Shown: piece by piece, positions 25,670 through 38,385 of the stretch | How positions within the stretch are numbered: the first letter of the stretch is position 1 | Layout: every line of letters starts with the position of its first letter | Assembly: GCF_039654945.1 (NCBI RefSeq) | Contig: NW_027362054.1 | Location: forward strand, 6,448,001 to 6,512,000 | From: Dendrobates tinctorius | Taxonomy: Eukaryota | Length of the DNA: 64,000 bases | Reading direction: 5' to 3' | Made by a program: the position numbers and the translations under genes | Notes under the pieces: model-generated | The model's input: only the letters and a program-made list of their open reading frames with translations | The model's database searches: none | Told to the model about the DNA's origin: nothing

Positions 25670-27202
25670 CAGGGCTGTGGAGTCGGAGTCGGTATAAAAT
25701 GGAACGACTCCTAAAATATATAATAAATTGGGTACAGTAGTTCAATGCAGAATGTGCTGAATATTTTTTCATAGGAATTTGGGAAAGTTATGAAATGTCC
25801 TATAAATGGCTGTTCTATTCCTGATCTAAGGCTACATTCATACACATCGTTTTTGCTGCGATTTTTGAGGATACGTTTTTCAGCTGCAAAAGCAGATCAG
25901 CTTTTTAAAAAACCGCATCACCTGAAAGGTTTTTTTGAGCTCATAGATAATGTTTTCAATAGCAAAAGCAGGTTAGAAATCTGCTCTATCTATCCATTTA
26001 TCCATATCTGTCTATCCATATCTTATCTGTACCAAAAAGAATGAAAGCCGGGTAGCACACTAACACTCCTTTTTTTTAGCACCAGTCAATGACACCTCAG
26101 AGCTGCCCAAAAGGACGCCCATGACAGGCATTGCTTGTCTTCAGTAACACATCAACATCAATTGATAGTTGGAATAAATAGACTGCATTCACCACATCTT
26201 AAGGTGCAGGCTTTATTTTCAATTGTAGGGGTGTGCAGTATAAGGTTCTGCAGCAGCTGAGGTCTGCAGTATGAGATTCTGCCTAACAGTATGAGGTTCT
26301 GCCCCCCCCCCCCTTAGTTTTGATCCTGGCTAAAGCCGTTTCTTATAGATATGGCGAACCCTCAGGTAACCCTAAATGAAGGTCAATGGACACAGGTGGC
26401 TGAATTGAAGGAATTGCTTAATCACCTATTTACCGTGACTAAAAAATTACAATCTGAGGATTTAACTCCTGGCATTTTCATAAGGGAGTGGAAGAACTTG
26501 CTATTTTGACTGTCCCAAAGAGGAGATTTAATCGCAGATGTCATTTCTGCTTCAATGAAACGGAGAGAGACACAGCTATTGGAAAATAAAATTTTTCTGG
26601 CAGCTGTTTATGTGGACCCAAGTCATCGTATACTGCTTGATGATCCACAGTAGGAAAAGAAACTCTGACTGAGGTAGCAGTTAGGATGAGTGGCCTACAG
26701 GAGGACTGCCAGGCGCAAGAGGACTCGGGTCCTGACAGTGCTACTGCTGCCATATCTTCATCCTCATCAGATGAGGAGGTTGACTTTGACAAGTATTTGG
26801 ATGATATGGAGCAGGAAAAGCGTTGCCGCAAGGAAAAAGATTTCACTCCGTCTCCTATAGCAAGCAGATTGACCATATTTCAGCAAAATGTTTCACTTGC
26901 TCTCAAAGAAAAAGAAAAATTCAACCGTTCATCAAAACGGACTGTGCATGAGGCAATTCCTTTATACCCGGAAATTGTTAGAGATGTTGCAAATGTGGTT
27001 ACGGCTTTGCCTCCAACCCAAGTTAGTGTAGAGAGGTTGTTCTCTGGCCTTAAAATTATTAGGTCAGATTTGAGGTCATCTATGAAGGAGGATCTGATGG
27101 AGGCAATTCTATATCTTAGAACAAATTCATTGACTGCACAAATGTTATTTAGTATGTTTTTGTTGAAAACTGTTTTTTGCCACTTACATAGTTTATTACA
27201 TA

Positions 27203-27263
<61 letters not shown>

Positions 27264-27537
27264 TGTGTGTATATATATGTAATCGATATTACATAGTGTA
27301 TTACATATTTACAATTTATTACAGTTTTTTGTGTTCTAAAGTTGTATTCCAATAAATATATATTCTGTTCTATCTAAATGTCTTGATTATTGTATCATGA
27401 AAATGATTAAATGTCTGATGTTCACATTGTACTACAATAAATTTTTCACTTAAATATAAGCAATATATGTGGGAGTCGGTGTAAGGGAAATTGAGGAGTC
27501 GGAGTCGCAGGTTTGGCTTAGCGACTCCACAGCCCTG
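25670..27537 (+). mobile_element. Deleted hAT transposon retaining the transposase C-terminus
   Basis: TIR CAGGGCTGTGGAGTCG / CGACTCCACAGCCCTG; perfect 8-bp TSD AGTGTAAC; subterminal GGAGTC repeats. Confidence 0.93.
26350..27133 (+). pseudogene. hAT transposase C-terminal fragment (hATC dimerisation region)
   Basis: ALPPTQVSVERLFSGLKIIRSDLRSSMKEDLMEAILYLRTN resembles the S.ER.FS hAT motif; upstream part has stops and frameshifts. Confidence 0.85.
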
Positions 27538-29726
27538 AGTGTAACGGTCCTAACTTCCATACCAGGGATCCCTTTAAGAGAGTCCAGGGGTCAAAACCAA
27601 AGCCCTGGATGGATTTACTCTGACTTCCATACCAATGATCCCTTTAAGAGGAAAGATGTGCCTAAAGGATGGAGGATGTGTGATGTGTATATGGGCACGG
27701 GAGGGGGGATTCATTTCTGTCATGTGCTCTCTGCTCCTTTTTGGGGGGCAGACAATGGCTGGGAGCTTATGTTCCCAGGGACGCTAGATTTCTCCTACCA
27801 TGTCAGTGTCTGCTGAGGTGTTGTCAAGTGGGAAAACTTGCTCATAGCAACCAATCACAGCTCAGCTTCTTTTGAACAGCTCTGGTGAAATGAAAGGTGC
27901 TTCGTGATTGGTTGGTGATACACACATACATACATTCTGATATATCTATAAAAAAATAAAAAAAAAACCTTCAATCTTCCCTTTGGCCACTGAACCTGAC
28001 TTCCGGTTCACACTTTCTATTCTACGGGGATGACTTTTCTGTAGTCACTTTTTATTGTAATCATGACTCTGATAAAAGCCATCATTCACTGTAGGTGATA
28101 GTCCACTCTCTGCACAGATCAGACCGTGACCCCAGCGCTCTCCCATAGAAGCCAATAAGTCAACTCCAGACTTTTGTTTATTTGGAGACGCTCGAGCAAG
28201 ATGGCCCCTATAATGTACAGAAAATCGTCCCAGAAAATCTGCCATTAGAAATGAAAACAAATTAGAAAAAGTGACTATGTTTCAGTTTGGTTTTTTTTTC
28301 CACCTAAAAAAAAAAAAAGTGTTATAAAAATCCCGAGTCTGGCTAGTGACTTGCTGGTGGGGACCCCATTAGCATTACAGCCTTCTTATTTTCCCCTTTC
28401 ATTTAGAGAAGTCTGATGTTTTCTGAGACGGCTGGATTTCGCAGTAATAATACCATTTCTCGGTCTCCTGCTTATTACTTGGATCCTTCACAAAGCCTTC
28501 CAAGTCTCTTCCATTACGACACAGAAAATGGCAAAGCCTGCCCCTGCGCCAGTCTCATCCTTTGTGTCCTTAGGTAAAGCTGTTAATTTTGCAGTGTTTG
28601 TCTACCTGTTCTGTACGGCAAGCACCGCTGCTTCCCTGCTGTCCTCATACTGCCACGCAGACGAGAACCGCAGGCTGCCAAGATTCTCAAGTGTAAACCC
28701 CACTGGAAGAGATTTCTTCCATTTAACGCTATGTATTTTTCTACTAGGTGCTGTCATCGTTTGCTAATCCTTCCCAGCAGTAGCGCCCCTCCGAGCTGCC
28801 AAATGTCCTGTAGTCTGGCTCTAAAGGGCGCTGGGCTGTCCGGCAGATCAAGGGCTGGGGAAAGTTCCCCTTTGAACTTGCCTTAGCCCTTGTGACACAG
28901 CTGGGATTATTTTCAGGTAGACTGGCTAGGGGCAGACAAGCCTCCTTTGTGCAGCTGGGCAGTCTGCGCCTCCGGTTTCAGCTTTCCTGCTCAGTCAGAC
29001 AGGAGCGATGTGTTCCCAGTCATGCTTATTGAATGGGAGTTTAGGGGTGGAGGGGAGCACAAGGTTGAAGAACTTCTCTCCCCTTAAGGAAAGCTGAAAA
29101 AGACGAGCATTTACCATTTATATTCCATATACATTTATCGCGACTCTGTATAATCTGCTGATCTAACTCAGGCAGGTTTAGAAGGGCAGTGTAACATGTC
29201 TGGGTTATGGCGTCAGTTCTTTAATTATGGTGATTTCATCTAATATTAAGGTTTACTCTTCAATTCCTTAGTTGCCTATTAGGAAACTTTTTATGACAAA
29301 ATATCCAAAAATGTGTAACCTTTTCAGAGGGCGCTTCCAATATTAGAGCAGCAAATTGAAATTCTCCAAGGCCTCCTTGTCATCCCATCGGCGCACTGGC
29401 TGTTTCGTACCTGCTGGTGGATTTGGGGGCAGGAATGTGGGTAATTCGAGTACCATGGTCCCGTGATTTTGTTATTGGATTGTTCCACCTTTTAAAGGGA
29501 TTCTGATAAGTGGATATTGGCAAAAAAAAGAAGCTATAAAATATATGTACGGTTACATTTTGTAGCTTAATGTACAGACAAAGTACATTTACATCAACAG
29601 AACCTGGAATAATTAATAAATTCCCACTCCTCCTCCCACTGCCAGGGACTTTTTCATTGACTTAAAGGGAACCTGCCACCCCCCTAGGGTGTTTTTAACT
29701 AAAAGAGCCGGCTTCAGCAGCACGAA

Positions 29727-30121
29727 GGGTACCGTTACACTTAGCGATGCACCAGCGATCCCGACAACGATATGGATCGCTGGTGCATCGCTAAGTGGTC
29801 GCTAGTGAGCTGCCACACAGGCAGATCTCACCAGCGACATAGCAGCGGTCGGGGGTCGCTACTTACCTGTCAGACGCGCCGATCCTGACGTCCTTCCGCC
29901 CGCGTCCACGCGTCGCTCGTCGGTGCCACAGGAAGCCCAGCAGGAAGCGCCTGACGAGAAATGGTCCAGGATGTTCTCGCGCGATCAGCGATAATCAGCG
30001 GGGGAGCCGGTCGGAGGTAAGTATCACATGTAGCGATATCGCTAGCAATATCGTTGCTGTGTCACAAAACCAGTGACGTTACAGCGATATTGCTAGCGAT
30101 ATCGCTATGTGTAACGGGCGC
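29727..30121. mobile_element. AGCGAT-rich MITE
   Basis: GGGTACCGTTACAC / GTGTAACGGGCGC; homologous to 4473-4858. Confidence 0.8.
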
Positions 30122-30749
30122 TTAAGGCTGCATTCTGTGAAGGTGGCTCTTCCGTTTCTGACCCCCAGTAATGCCGAAATATTAACTTTTATAAATAGGT
30201 CTTCATACCTGTAATGTGTCCCATAGGAATGGTGTGTCCCCCTGAAGCAGCCGCCTCCCCGCCGTCAATCATGTCTCTGTAGCGTCTGGGCCCCGCCTCC
30301 CATAGCCGTCTATCATGCCCCTGTGCTGCCATCTGTGCCCCGCCTCCCATAGCCATCCATTTTGCGTAGGGTCGATGAAGCCTAATTTTTTTTTTTTTTT
30401 TTCCTCTGAGAAAATGGCGCCTGCGTCTTATCAAAATATAAAATTATTTAAAACGTACATTGAATGCTGAAAAGAAAAAAATATCAACACCAGATTTGTG
30501 GTTTTTCAGTTAAAAAAAAAGTGATCAATATGTCTTATGTGATCAATGTCGTATGCATCTCAAAATGGTGTTAGTTGAGAACACAGAAAATTGGCACTAG
30601 CACAGTTCTACTGATGGAATATTTTTTTTACAAATTTTTAGAATTTTTTTTTTTTTTTTTATGTAAGTATATGTGTGGTATTTCTATAATCCTACTCACC
30701 TGTAGAATCATATTGCCAGATCACTTTTATTACACAATGAACACCTTTA

Positions 30750-32459
30750 GGCTATGTACCCACATCACAACTCCCGCGGAAAACTAGCGTTTTTCACGCG
30801 ATTTTCATGTGCGGAATTCAAGCACATTCCAAGCGATTTGAAGCATCGCTTGGAATGTGATTGACAGGTTGGTCACACTTGTCAAGCATAGTGTTTGACT
30901 AGTGTGACCAACTTTTTACTATTGATGCTGCCTATGCAGCATCAATAGTAAAAGATTGCTAAAAAAAAAAATTGTGATATTCTCACCTTACGGCGTCCCA
31001 CACAGCGTCTCCAGGCCTCAGCGATGCTCCCGTTCCCAGTGATGCCTTGCGACTAAGACCTTTGATGACATGGCGGTCTCGCGATACTTGGTGTCTCGCG
31101 AGACCACTACGTCATCACAGGTCCTTTACTGGGAACGGGAGTTGGCGGGAGCATTGGTAAGGCTGCGCGGGACACCGAAAGGTGAGTATAACCCGATTTT
31201 TATTTATTTATTTTTTTTTTATTTATTTTTTTTTACAGGGATATGGTACCCAGGGCCTGGAGGACAGTCTCCTCTCCTCCAGACCGTGGGTACCATCCGC
31301 ACATGATCCGCTCACTTTGCGCATGGTGGGCACAGCCACATGCGGAAAGTAAGCGGATCAGTGCATTCCTGTGGGTGCGGAATCGCAGCGATTTCACAAA
31401 AATAATCAGCCTGCTGCGTGTTTTTTCGCTATGCGATTCCGCCGCAGAAAAAAACGCAGCATTAGCAAAGTACAGTTGTGGCCAAAAGTATTGACACCCC
31501 TGCAATTCTGTCAGATAATACTCAGTTTCTTCCTGAAAATGATTGCAAACACAAATTCTTTGTTATTATCTTCATTTAATTTGTCTTAAATGAAAAAACA
31601 CAAAAAGAATTGTCCTAAAGCCAAATTGGATATAATTCCACACCAAACATAAAAAAGAGGGTGGACAAAAATATTGGCACTGTTGGAAAAATCATGTGAT
31701 GCTTCTCTAATTTGTGTAATTAACAGCACCTGTAACTTACCTGTGGCACCTAACAGGTGTTGGCAATAACTAAATCACACTTGCATTGCAGCCAGTTGAC
31801 ATGGATTAAAGTTGACTCGACCTCTGTCCTGTGTCCTTGTGTGTACCACATTGAGCAAGGAGAAAAGAAAGAAGACCAAAGAACTGTCTGAGGACTTGAG
31901 AAACCAAATTGTGAGGAAGCATGAGCAATCTCAAGGCTACAAGTGTCATCAAGAAGTTTAAAGCCCATGGCACTGTGGCTAACCTCCCTAGATGTGGACG
32001 GAAAAGAAAAATTGACAAGAGATTTCAACGCAAGATTGTGCGGATGTTTGATAAAGAACCTCGACTAACATCCAAACAAGTTCAAGCTGCCCTGCAATCC
32101 GAGGGTACAACAGTGTTAACCCGTACTATCCGTCGGCGTCTGAATGAAACGGGACTGTATGGTAGGAGACCCAGGAAGACCCCACTTCTTACCCCGAGAC
32201 ATAAAAAAGCCAGGCTGGAGTTTGCCAAAACTTACCTGAAAAAGCCTAAAACGTTTTGGAAGAATGTTCTCTGGTCAGATGAGACAAAAGTAGAGCTTTT
32301 TGGGCAAAGAATTGCAGGGGTGTCAATACTTTTGGCCACAACTGTATGTGCGGAATGCCATAGGAATGCATGGGGTGCGTTCTGTATATGTTTTCGCAGC
32401 ATTTTCGCGGCGAAAAACGCAGCAAAAACGCATATAATCCGCAACGTGGGTACACAGCC
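30750..32459. mobile_element. Harbinger-type non-autonomous element split by a Tc1 insertion; same family as 42250-43194 in opposite orientation
   Basis: GGCTATGTACCCAC / GTGGGTACACAGCC termini; shared interior (GGAGGACAGTCTCCTCTCCTCC etc.). Confidence 0.8.
31473..32344 (+). mobile_element. Internally deleted Tc1 transposon
   Basis: TA|CAGTTGTGGCCAAAAGTATTGACACCCCTGCAATTCT with a perfect inverted copy and TA at the right end; ORF ...GRKRK...[13 protein letters not shown] stops at the TIR. Confidence 0.92.
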
Positions 32460-32466
32460 TGAAAAC

Positions 32467-33305
32467 TAGGGCTGTGTAATCGGAGTCTGTGTCCATTTTA
32501 GTGGAGTCCATGTAAAATGGACTATCTCTTGACTCCTAAAATATCTAATACATTGGGTACAGTAGTACAATGCCGGATGTGCTGTAAATGTTTCCATAAT
32601 AATTTAGGAAAGTTATGAAATGTCCTATAAATGTCTGTTCTGTTCTGAGGATCTCTGCTTTTAGTGGAGATGAATCTGTGCTGCACTTTATGTACATGCT
32701 CAGTAGTGACCAGTGCTGTGGGGTCATAGATGAGATGAATCTGTGCTGCACTTTATGTACATGCTCAGTAGTGACCAGTGCTGTGGGGTCGTAGATGAGA
32801 TGAATCTGTGCTGCACTTTATGTACGGTACATGCTCAGTAGTGACCAGTGCTGTGGGGTCGTAGATGAGATGAATCTGTGCTGCACTTTATGTACATGCT
32901 CAGTAGTGACCAGTGCTGTGTGGTTGTAGTTGAGATGAATCTGTGCTGCACTTTATGTACATGCTCAGTAGTGACCAGTGCTGTGGGGTCGTAGATGAGA
33001 TGAATCTGTGCTGCACTTTATGTTCATGCTCAGTAGTGACCAGTGCTGTGGAATCGTAGATGAGATGAATCTGTGCTGCACTTTATGTACATGCTCAGTA
33101 GTGACCAGTGCTGTGGGGTCGTAGATGAGATGAATCTGTGCTGTACTTTATGTACATGCTGAGTAGTGAGGCAGTGCTGTGGAGTTGTAGATGAGATGAA
33201 TCTGTGCTGCCCTTTATGTACAAGCTCAGTAGTGACCAGTGCTGTGGGGTCAGCGTCAGGGAAATTGAGGAGTCGGATGTTTTTCTTACCGACCCCACAG
33301 CTCTG
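32467..33305. mobile_element. Older non-autonomous member of the GGAGTC hAT family, with an internal 65-bp tandem array (32667-33251, ~9 copies)
   Basis: Ends resemble those of 25670-27537; unit GATGAATCTGTGCTGCACTTTATGTACATGCTCAGTAGTGACCAGTGCTGTGGGGTCGTAGATGA. Confidence 0.8.
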
Positions 33306-33673
33306 GTAACCGCTCTGCTGCTGACTTACTACTATTCATATATGCAGCCAACAGATCAGACTCTGCACTCATCACACAGGGCATAGAAGGCGACTGCCCA
33401 AGGGAGACACTCAGGGACACTATTTTGCCGCACCACCTCTGAAATTAGCATCACTGATGATGCTTCGTTTCAGGGAGGGGACAGAGGCTGTGACAGTAAC
33501 CACAGACTCTGCACCCCTGAATATGCTTTGGGTATCCCAGCGTGCACTGTTCATACTCAAATGAATCGTCCTCAGACTAGAAGTAGAAAAAAAAAAATAC
33601 AAAAAGCTGTTAGTGTAGTTAGGGAACGGTAGGGAATTGTTAAAGCAAGTACCGTATATTAGAAAATAGCTAC

Positions 33674-33925
33674 GAGCACATTGGCTCAGTGGTTAGCACT
33701 GCAGCCTTGCAGTGCTGGGGTCCTGGGTTCAAATCCCACAAAGGACAACATCTGCAAGGAGTTTGTATGTTTTCCCCGTGTTTGCGTGGGTTTCCTCTGG
33801 GTACTCTGGTTTCCTCCCACATTCCAAAGACATACTGATAGGGATTCTAGATTGTGAGCCCCAGTGGGGACAGCGATGATAATTTTTTTGTAAAGCGGTG
33901 CTATATAAGTGAGTCAAATAAATTA
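33674..33925 (+). mobile_element. tRNA-derived SINE (V-SINE-like)
   Basis: TGGCTCAGTGG box A, GGTTCAAATCC box B, GTTTGTATGTTTTCCCCGTGTTTGCGTGGGTTTCCTC core. Confidence 0.85.
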
Positions 33926-34027
33926 TAGGACTAAATGGGGAATTGGGAGAAAAATGCTTTGCCACCCCTTTAAATATTATAAAAACAAATCACAATTTGT
34001 CACTTTCTTAAGATGCATTCCCTTTAA

Positions 34028-34966
34028 AGTGCACCTGTGAGCAGTTTTGGCCGATATAAGATGCGGCCCCCGAACCGACCTGAAAGATAAGAAAATTTTT
34101 TATTATATTCATCCGAGGGGGGTGGTCCGGTCCGATGGATGTCGCAGGTCCGGCACCTCCATCTTATGGTGATGCCGCCCTCCTTCTTGCTTCATGGCGC
34201 CACGGCATTGCGCTCCTGCGCAGGTGTATTTATCTGCCCTGTTGAGAGCAAAGTGCTGCAGTGCGAAGGCGCTGGGCCTCTCAGACCTTTCCCGGTGTCT
34301 GCGCACTGCAGTTCATTAATCTGCCCTCATCAGGGCAGATAAGTACACCTGTGCAGGAGTGAGATGCCGGGGAGCGATGAAGCAAGCAGGAGGGTGGTGT
34401 CGCAAGAAGATGGGAGGCGCCGGACCTGTGACACCCATTGAACCGGACCACCCCCGGGTTAGTATAAGAGTATGTTTCCATGTTCAGTATTTGCTGCGGA
34501 TCAGGTGCTATGTACAGCCGCAGTGTCCAATCCGCAGCGTCCAGATGTTACGGCATAGTTGTATGGGATTTTGCGAAATCCCATCTCCACTATGCGTACA
34601 AAGACGCTGGTGGCAGACCTGCGTATACGCACATGTGGCGCGTCTTTCTAGATTGCAGCATGTCTGTTTTATCTTGCGGAGATGCTGAGTCTCCGCAAGA
34701 TAAATATCACAGTCCAGTGTATAGGACTCGGTGATTCCGCACGATTCAGTGAACACATGTGGAATCACCGTGTGTACAAAAGCCGGCAGCGCTTTGGACG
34801 GAGCGGGTATCTGCTGCCGATTACTGACCGTGGGAACATACCCTTATAAAACGTATTTTTCTTATCTTTCAGGTTGGACCGGGGGCTTATCTACAGCGTT
34901 ATAGAATGCTATAGATAAACCCTGAAAAGCGGTGGTCGCATCTTATATCAGCCAAAACAGTTCCCT
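34028..34966. mobile_element. T2-type MITE with a nested Harbinger-type MITE (34468-34843)
   Basis: Inverted TTTTGGCCGATATAAGATGCG / CGCATCTTATATCAGCCAAAAC; inner GAGTATGTTTCCA / TGGGAACATACCC with TAA/TTA flanks. Confidence 0.7.
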
Positions 34967-36016
34967 TTATACTATGAATTCTGTATAAATATAATGCAAT
35001 GTCAGATGCACGATCGAGTGGCTCTACAATGTATGGGCTATGGCGTCACTGCCGGGCAGTGCAGGAGCTGCTGTGGAGGAATTTCGGATGTCTTCGTGGA
35101 GTCAGTTTACTTGTAGAATGTGTGTTCGCTGGGCTGCACTTCTTCTTCCAGACATCTAGTTTGTGCAGCTTCTGATGCATTTTGGACTAATAGCCGCTCG
35201 TATTCTTGTCTAACTTTCTGTACGTGGCTGAGATTGTGTTTCTGCTTTCAGGAATATGACAAACATCGGAGATGCAGCGCACAGAATAACCTGTTTCCAA
35301 TGAGTAACCAACTGTACCACATTGCATAGTGATGTTATTACTAACGTGCCTTCTTGTCACCACTGTACCTGTCGCATGTCTAACGGGCATCAGGAATGCT
35401 TGAGACCTGATGTCGCTCCCATGCAGGGCACCTCTGGGGAGTCAGATGGATCTGGATGCCGCTTCCTGTCACAGAAGCAAGTACAACATTCCAAACAATA
35501 GAATACTGCTCAAGGCATGAAGAGTCAAAACACTCTTGGTCTTGAATGGGTTAAATTGTTTCACGCCCCTTACTAATGCTCAGTTCAGATTACATGACCA
35601 TGTGAAGTCCTAACTTTTTTTTTATGAATATTTTTACTTTTATTAAGAAAAAAAACCCCATCAAAACGTAACTATACAGTACAGCTCGTGCAGCCAGCCA
35701 TATATAACAGTATGCCAATAATGGTGTAAAGCATATACCGCCACCATAGCCGATAACAGTAGATTACAATGACCCGGTATGTAACACCCCATATTACGTC
35801 AATGCGTTTTTTCCCTCGAGTGTTTGAGGAGCCCCTACGGGACCAATTACACTTATTAAATCTCAATTTGTGCAATTTAATCCAAATGAAATGCGACGTG
35901 GGAGCAATGTACCCAAAGAAAGGGACTCAAGTTCAGTTTGTTGGATGAAGTCTAGGTAAACGCACAGAGGAATAGTTATTATTAGATGTAATGGAGCAAA
36001 TTGTATGTAGCCTTAA

Positions 36017-36508
36017 AGGGGTTATAATGGACTTTTATTACTTTTGTGTATGGGACTAAGAACTAACAGGTCGGCTGTCCCTGTGCAGTTGGTATCTCCT
36101 ACTAATTCTGCACAGGGACAGTGTCAGCCAGCGATTCCTGTGCTTCATATCACCTCATCAACAGAACAGTGCCTTATCCTCCACTCTGCTCTGTCGACAG
36201 AGTGTCACAGCCAGTGTGGTGCAGATTGACAGCCGGCTCCCCACAGTTAGGTAGCAGAGAGCCGGCTGTCAGTCAGCATGACATCGGCAGTGATACACCA
36301 TTGACAGAGTAGAGCAGAAAAGAAGACAATACTCTGTCAACGTGATGTCAACGGAAACCAAGGAATCGCCAGCCGGAACAGTCTGTGACCCCCCCCCGAG
36401 CTCGAAGCAATTACCATCATGCAGAAAAGGAAGGGAGTTAGCATCTACCTTCCTGTTTAGGTCTTAGCCCCATACACAAAAATAATTTAAAGTCCCACAT
36501 AACCCCAT
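36017..36508. mobile_element. T2/Kolobok-type palindromic MITE
   Basis: TTAA-AGGGGTTAT...ATAACCCCAT-TTAA; central hairpin TGACAGCCGGCTC...GAGCCGGCTGTCA. Confidence 0.7.
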
Positions 36509-36861
36509 TTAAAATAGATTGGATAACAGATTTTACAAAGCAAACTACATCATTTTCTTATACCTGATGCACTTATTTTGGAAATCAATTTCATAATTCT
36601 GTATGGGGTGTAGGAAAGCCAGGTAGGCTAGGGTTAAATCTTAGTTCTCCAGGGTCTGATTAGGTGCACTTGGATAGCTATGACTAGAACCAGGCTGTGT
36701 GTTCACTGGAGGCAGTCAGCTGGGGAAAGCTGAGCAAAGTGGGTTGATTGGAGCAGGAGAGACAAACCAGAATGTCTCTGTGAGAAGAGACTGTACAGGT
36801 GTGTGTACCTAACTGCGAACATCACTGGATGCTAGGGACAATAGCTGTCTTGTTTGACTAA

Positions 36862-37411
36862 AGCTGGAGTCACACACAGCGACTCACCAGCGATCCCGAC
36901 AACGATATCAACGTGTCAGGATCGCTGGTGAGTCGCTATGTGATCGATGGTGAGCTGTCACACAGACAGCGATCAGAACAGCGACGCCCAGCGCGCGGCG
37001 TCGCTGTGTTTGTTAGTTACCAGCGCGCTGATGCAGGGAGCTGGTAACTAACGTACACATCGGGTATCCAAGGGACGTGCGTCCCTTAGATACCCAATGT
37101 GTACGTTAGTTACCAGCTCCCTGCATCAGCGCGCTGGTAACTAACGTACACATCGAGTTCTACCCGATGTGTGCGTTAGTTACCAGCTGATCGCTGGTCT
37201 CCCGCCTGTCACATGCAGCGATGCGTGCTGGCCAGCGGGAGACCAGCAACAAAAGAAATGTCCAGTGGTTTCCTACAGCGATACCGGCAGGGGGGCCGGT
37301 TGCTGATCGCTGTCACACACAGCGATCTCACTGGTGAGATCGCTGTTGTGTCACAAAACTTGTGACTCAGCAGCGATCTTGCTAGCGAGATCGCTATGTG
37401 TGACGGGGCCC
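36862..37411. mobile_element. AGCGAT-rich MITE with internal ~130-bp palindrome
   Basis: GTCACACA / TGTGTGAC termini, TAA TSD. Confidence 0.8.
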
Positions 37412-37961
37412 TAAGACTATCTCAGCGATGTATGATGGTGAGCAAACACTGTCTGAGGATCTGCATTGCCTGTACTGCTCTGTTGGAGAGACCAGGCTGC
37501 TGTAATGTGTCTACCCTGAGAAAGGACGGAGTTTTGTGTTACTAAGGCTATGTGCCCACAATCCAGAAGTAGCAGCGATTTGGATGCAGCGTATGTTCAC
37601 TGCCTTCTTTTGAATGCAGGTAAATCTGCGTATGGTCAGTGACCCATTCTATTGGTGAAATTTTCTTTTACAGAGACTGTCTCCGCAAGAGGAATTGACA
37701 TGCTGCGGTCCTGAAAGACTCTCTGCATGTCACTGTCCACGGGTGATCCGCAGGCACACATGCACGCATAGTGGACATGGGATTTAAAAAATTCCAAGTG
37801 TGGTGAAATTGCAAAAAAAAGTGCAATTCCGCAATTGTTTTTTTTTCTTTTGCAATGTTCACGAAATGCTAAAACTGACCTGCCATTATGATTCTCCAGG
37901 TTATTACAAGTTCGTAAGTGCCAAACCATGGCACCGTTTTTCAGGATCTGGGGCTGGGTAA

Positions 37962-38385
37962 GGCTACATGCACACTTGCGTTCCTTGGAGCTGCGCACGG
38001 TCGCCGCTAAGCTCCACCTCCTCCGGTTAGCTCCGCCTATGGGCGCATGACACTGCATGTCACCTGTGTACCCTATCTTTAGCATTGCGTACTCGGGCCG
38101 TGTGCAGGTATGCGTTTGCCGGTGCATGCGTCCTTTTGACGGTGTGCCGACCTGCGCCAAACGCACCCTGTTGTACTTTGGTGCGCTCGGCGCACCGTCA
38201 AAAGGACACATGCGCCGGCAAATGCATACCGGCGCATGGCCTGCGTACCCACTGCTAAAGAAAGGGTACGCAGGTCGCATGCAGTGTCGTGCCCATAGGC
38301 GGAGCTAACCAGAGGAGGCGCGGCAGGGGGCGTAGCTTAGTGCCGGCCCGACGCAGCTCCAAGGAACGCAAGTGTGCAAGTAGCC
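37962..38385. mobile_element. Harbinger-type palindromic MITE
   Basis: GGCTACATGCACACTTGCGTTCCTTGGAGCTGCG / CGCAGCTCCAAGGAACGCAAGTGTGCAAGTAGCC, TAA TSD. Confidence 0.9.

Noticed and set aside
32667-33251. CRISPR-like regular repeats (also 11568-12822 and 25193-25498)
   Set aside because: Head-to-tail units without unique spacers, no cas genes, eukaryotic context
35231-35310. Possible internal exon after TTTCTGCTTTCAG (similar acceptor at ~17414)
   Set aside because: No convincing donor or recognisable coding content; unsupported without RNA data
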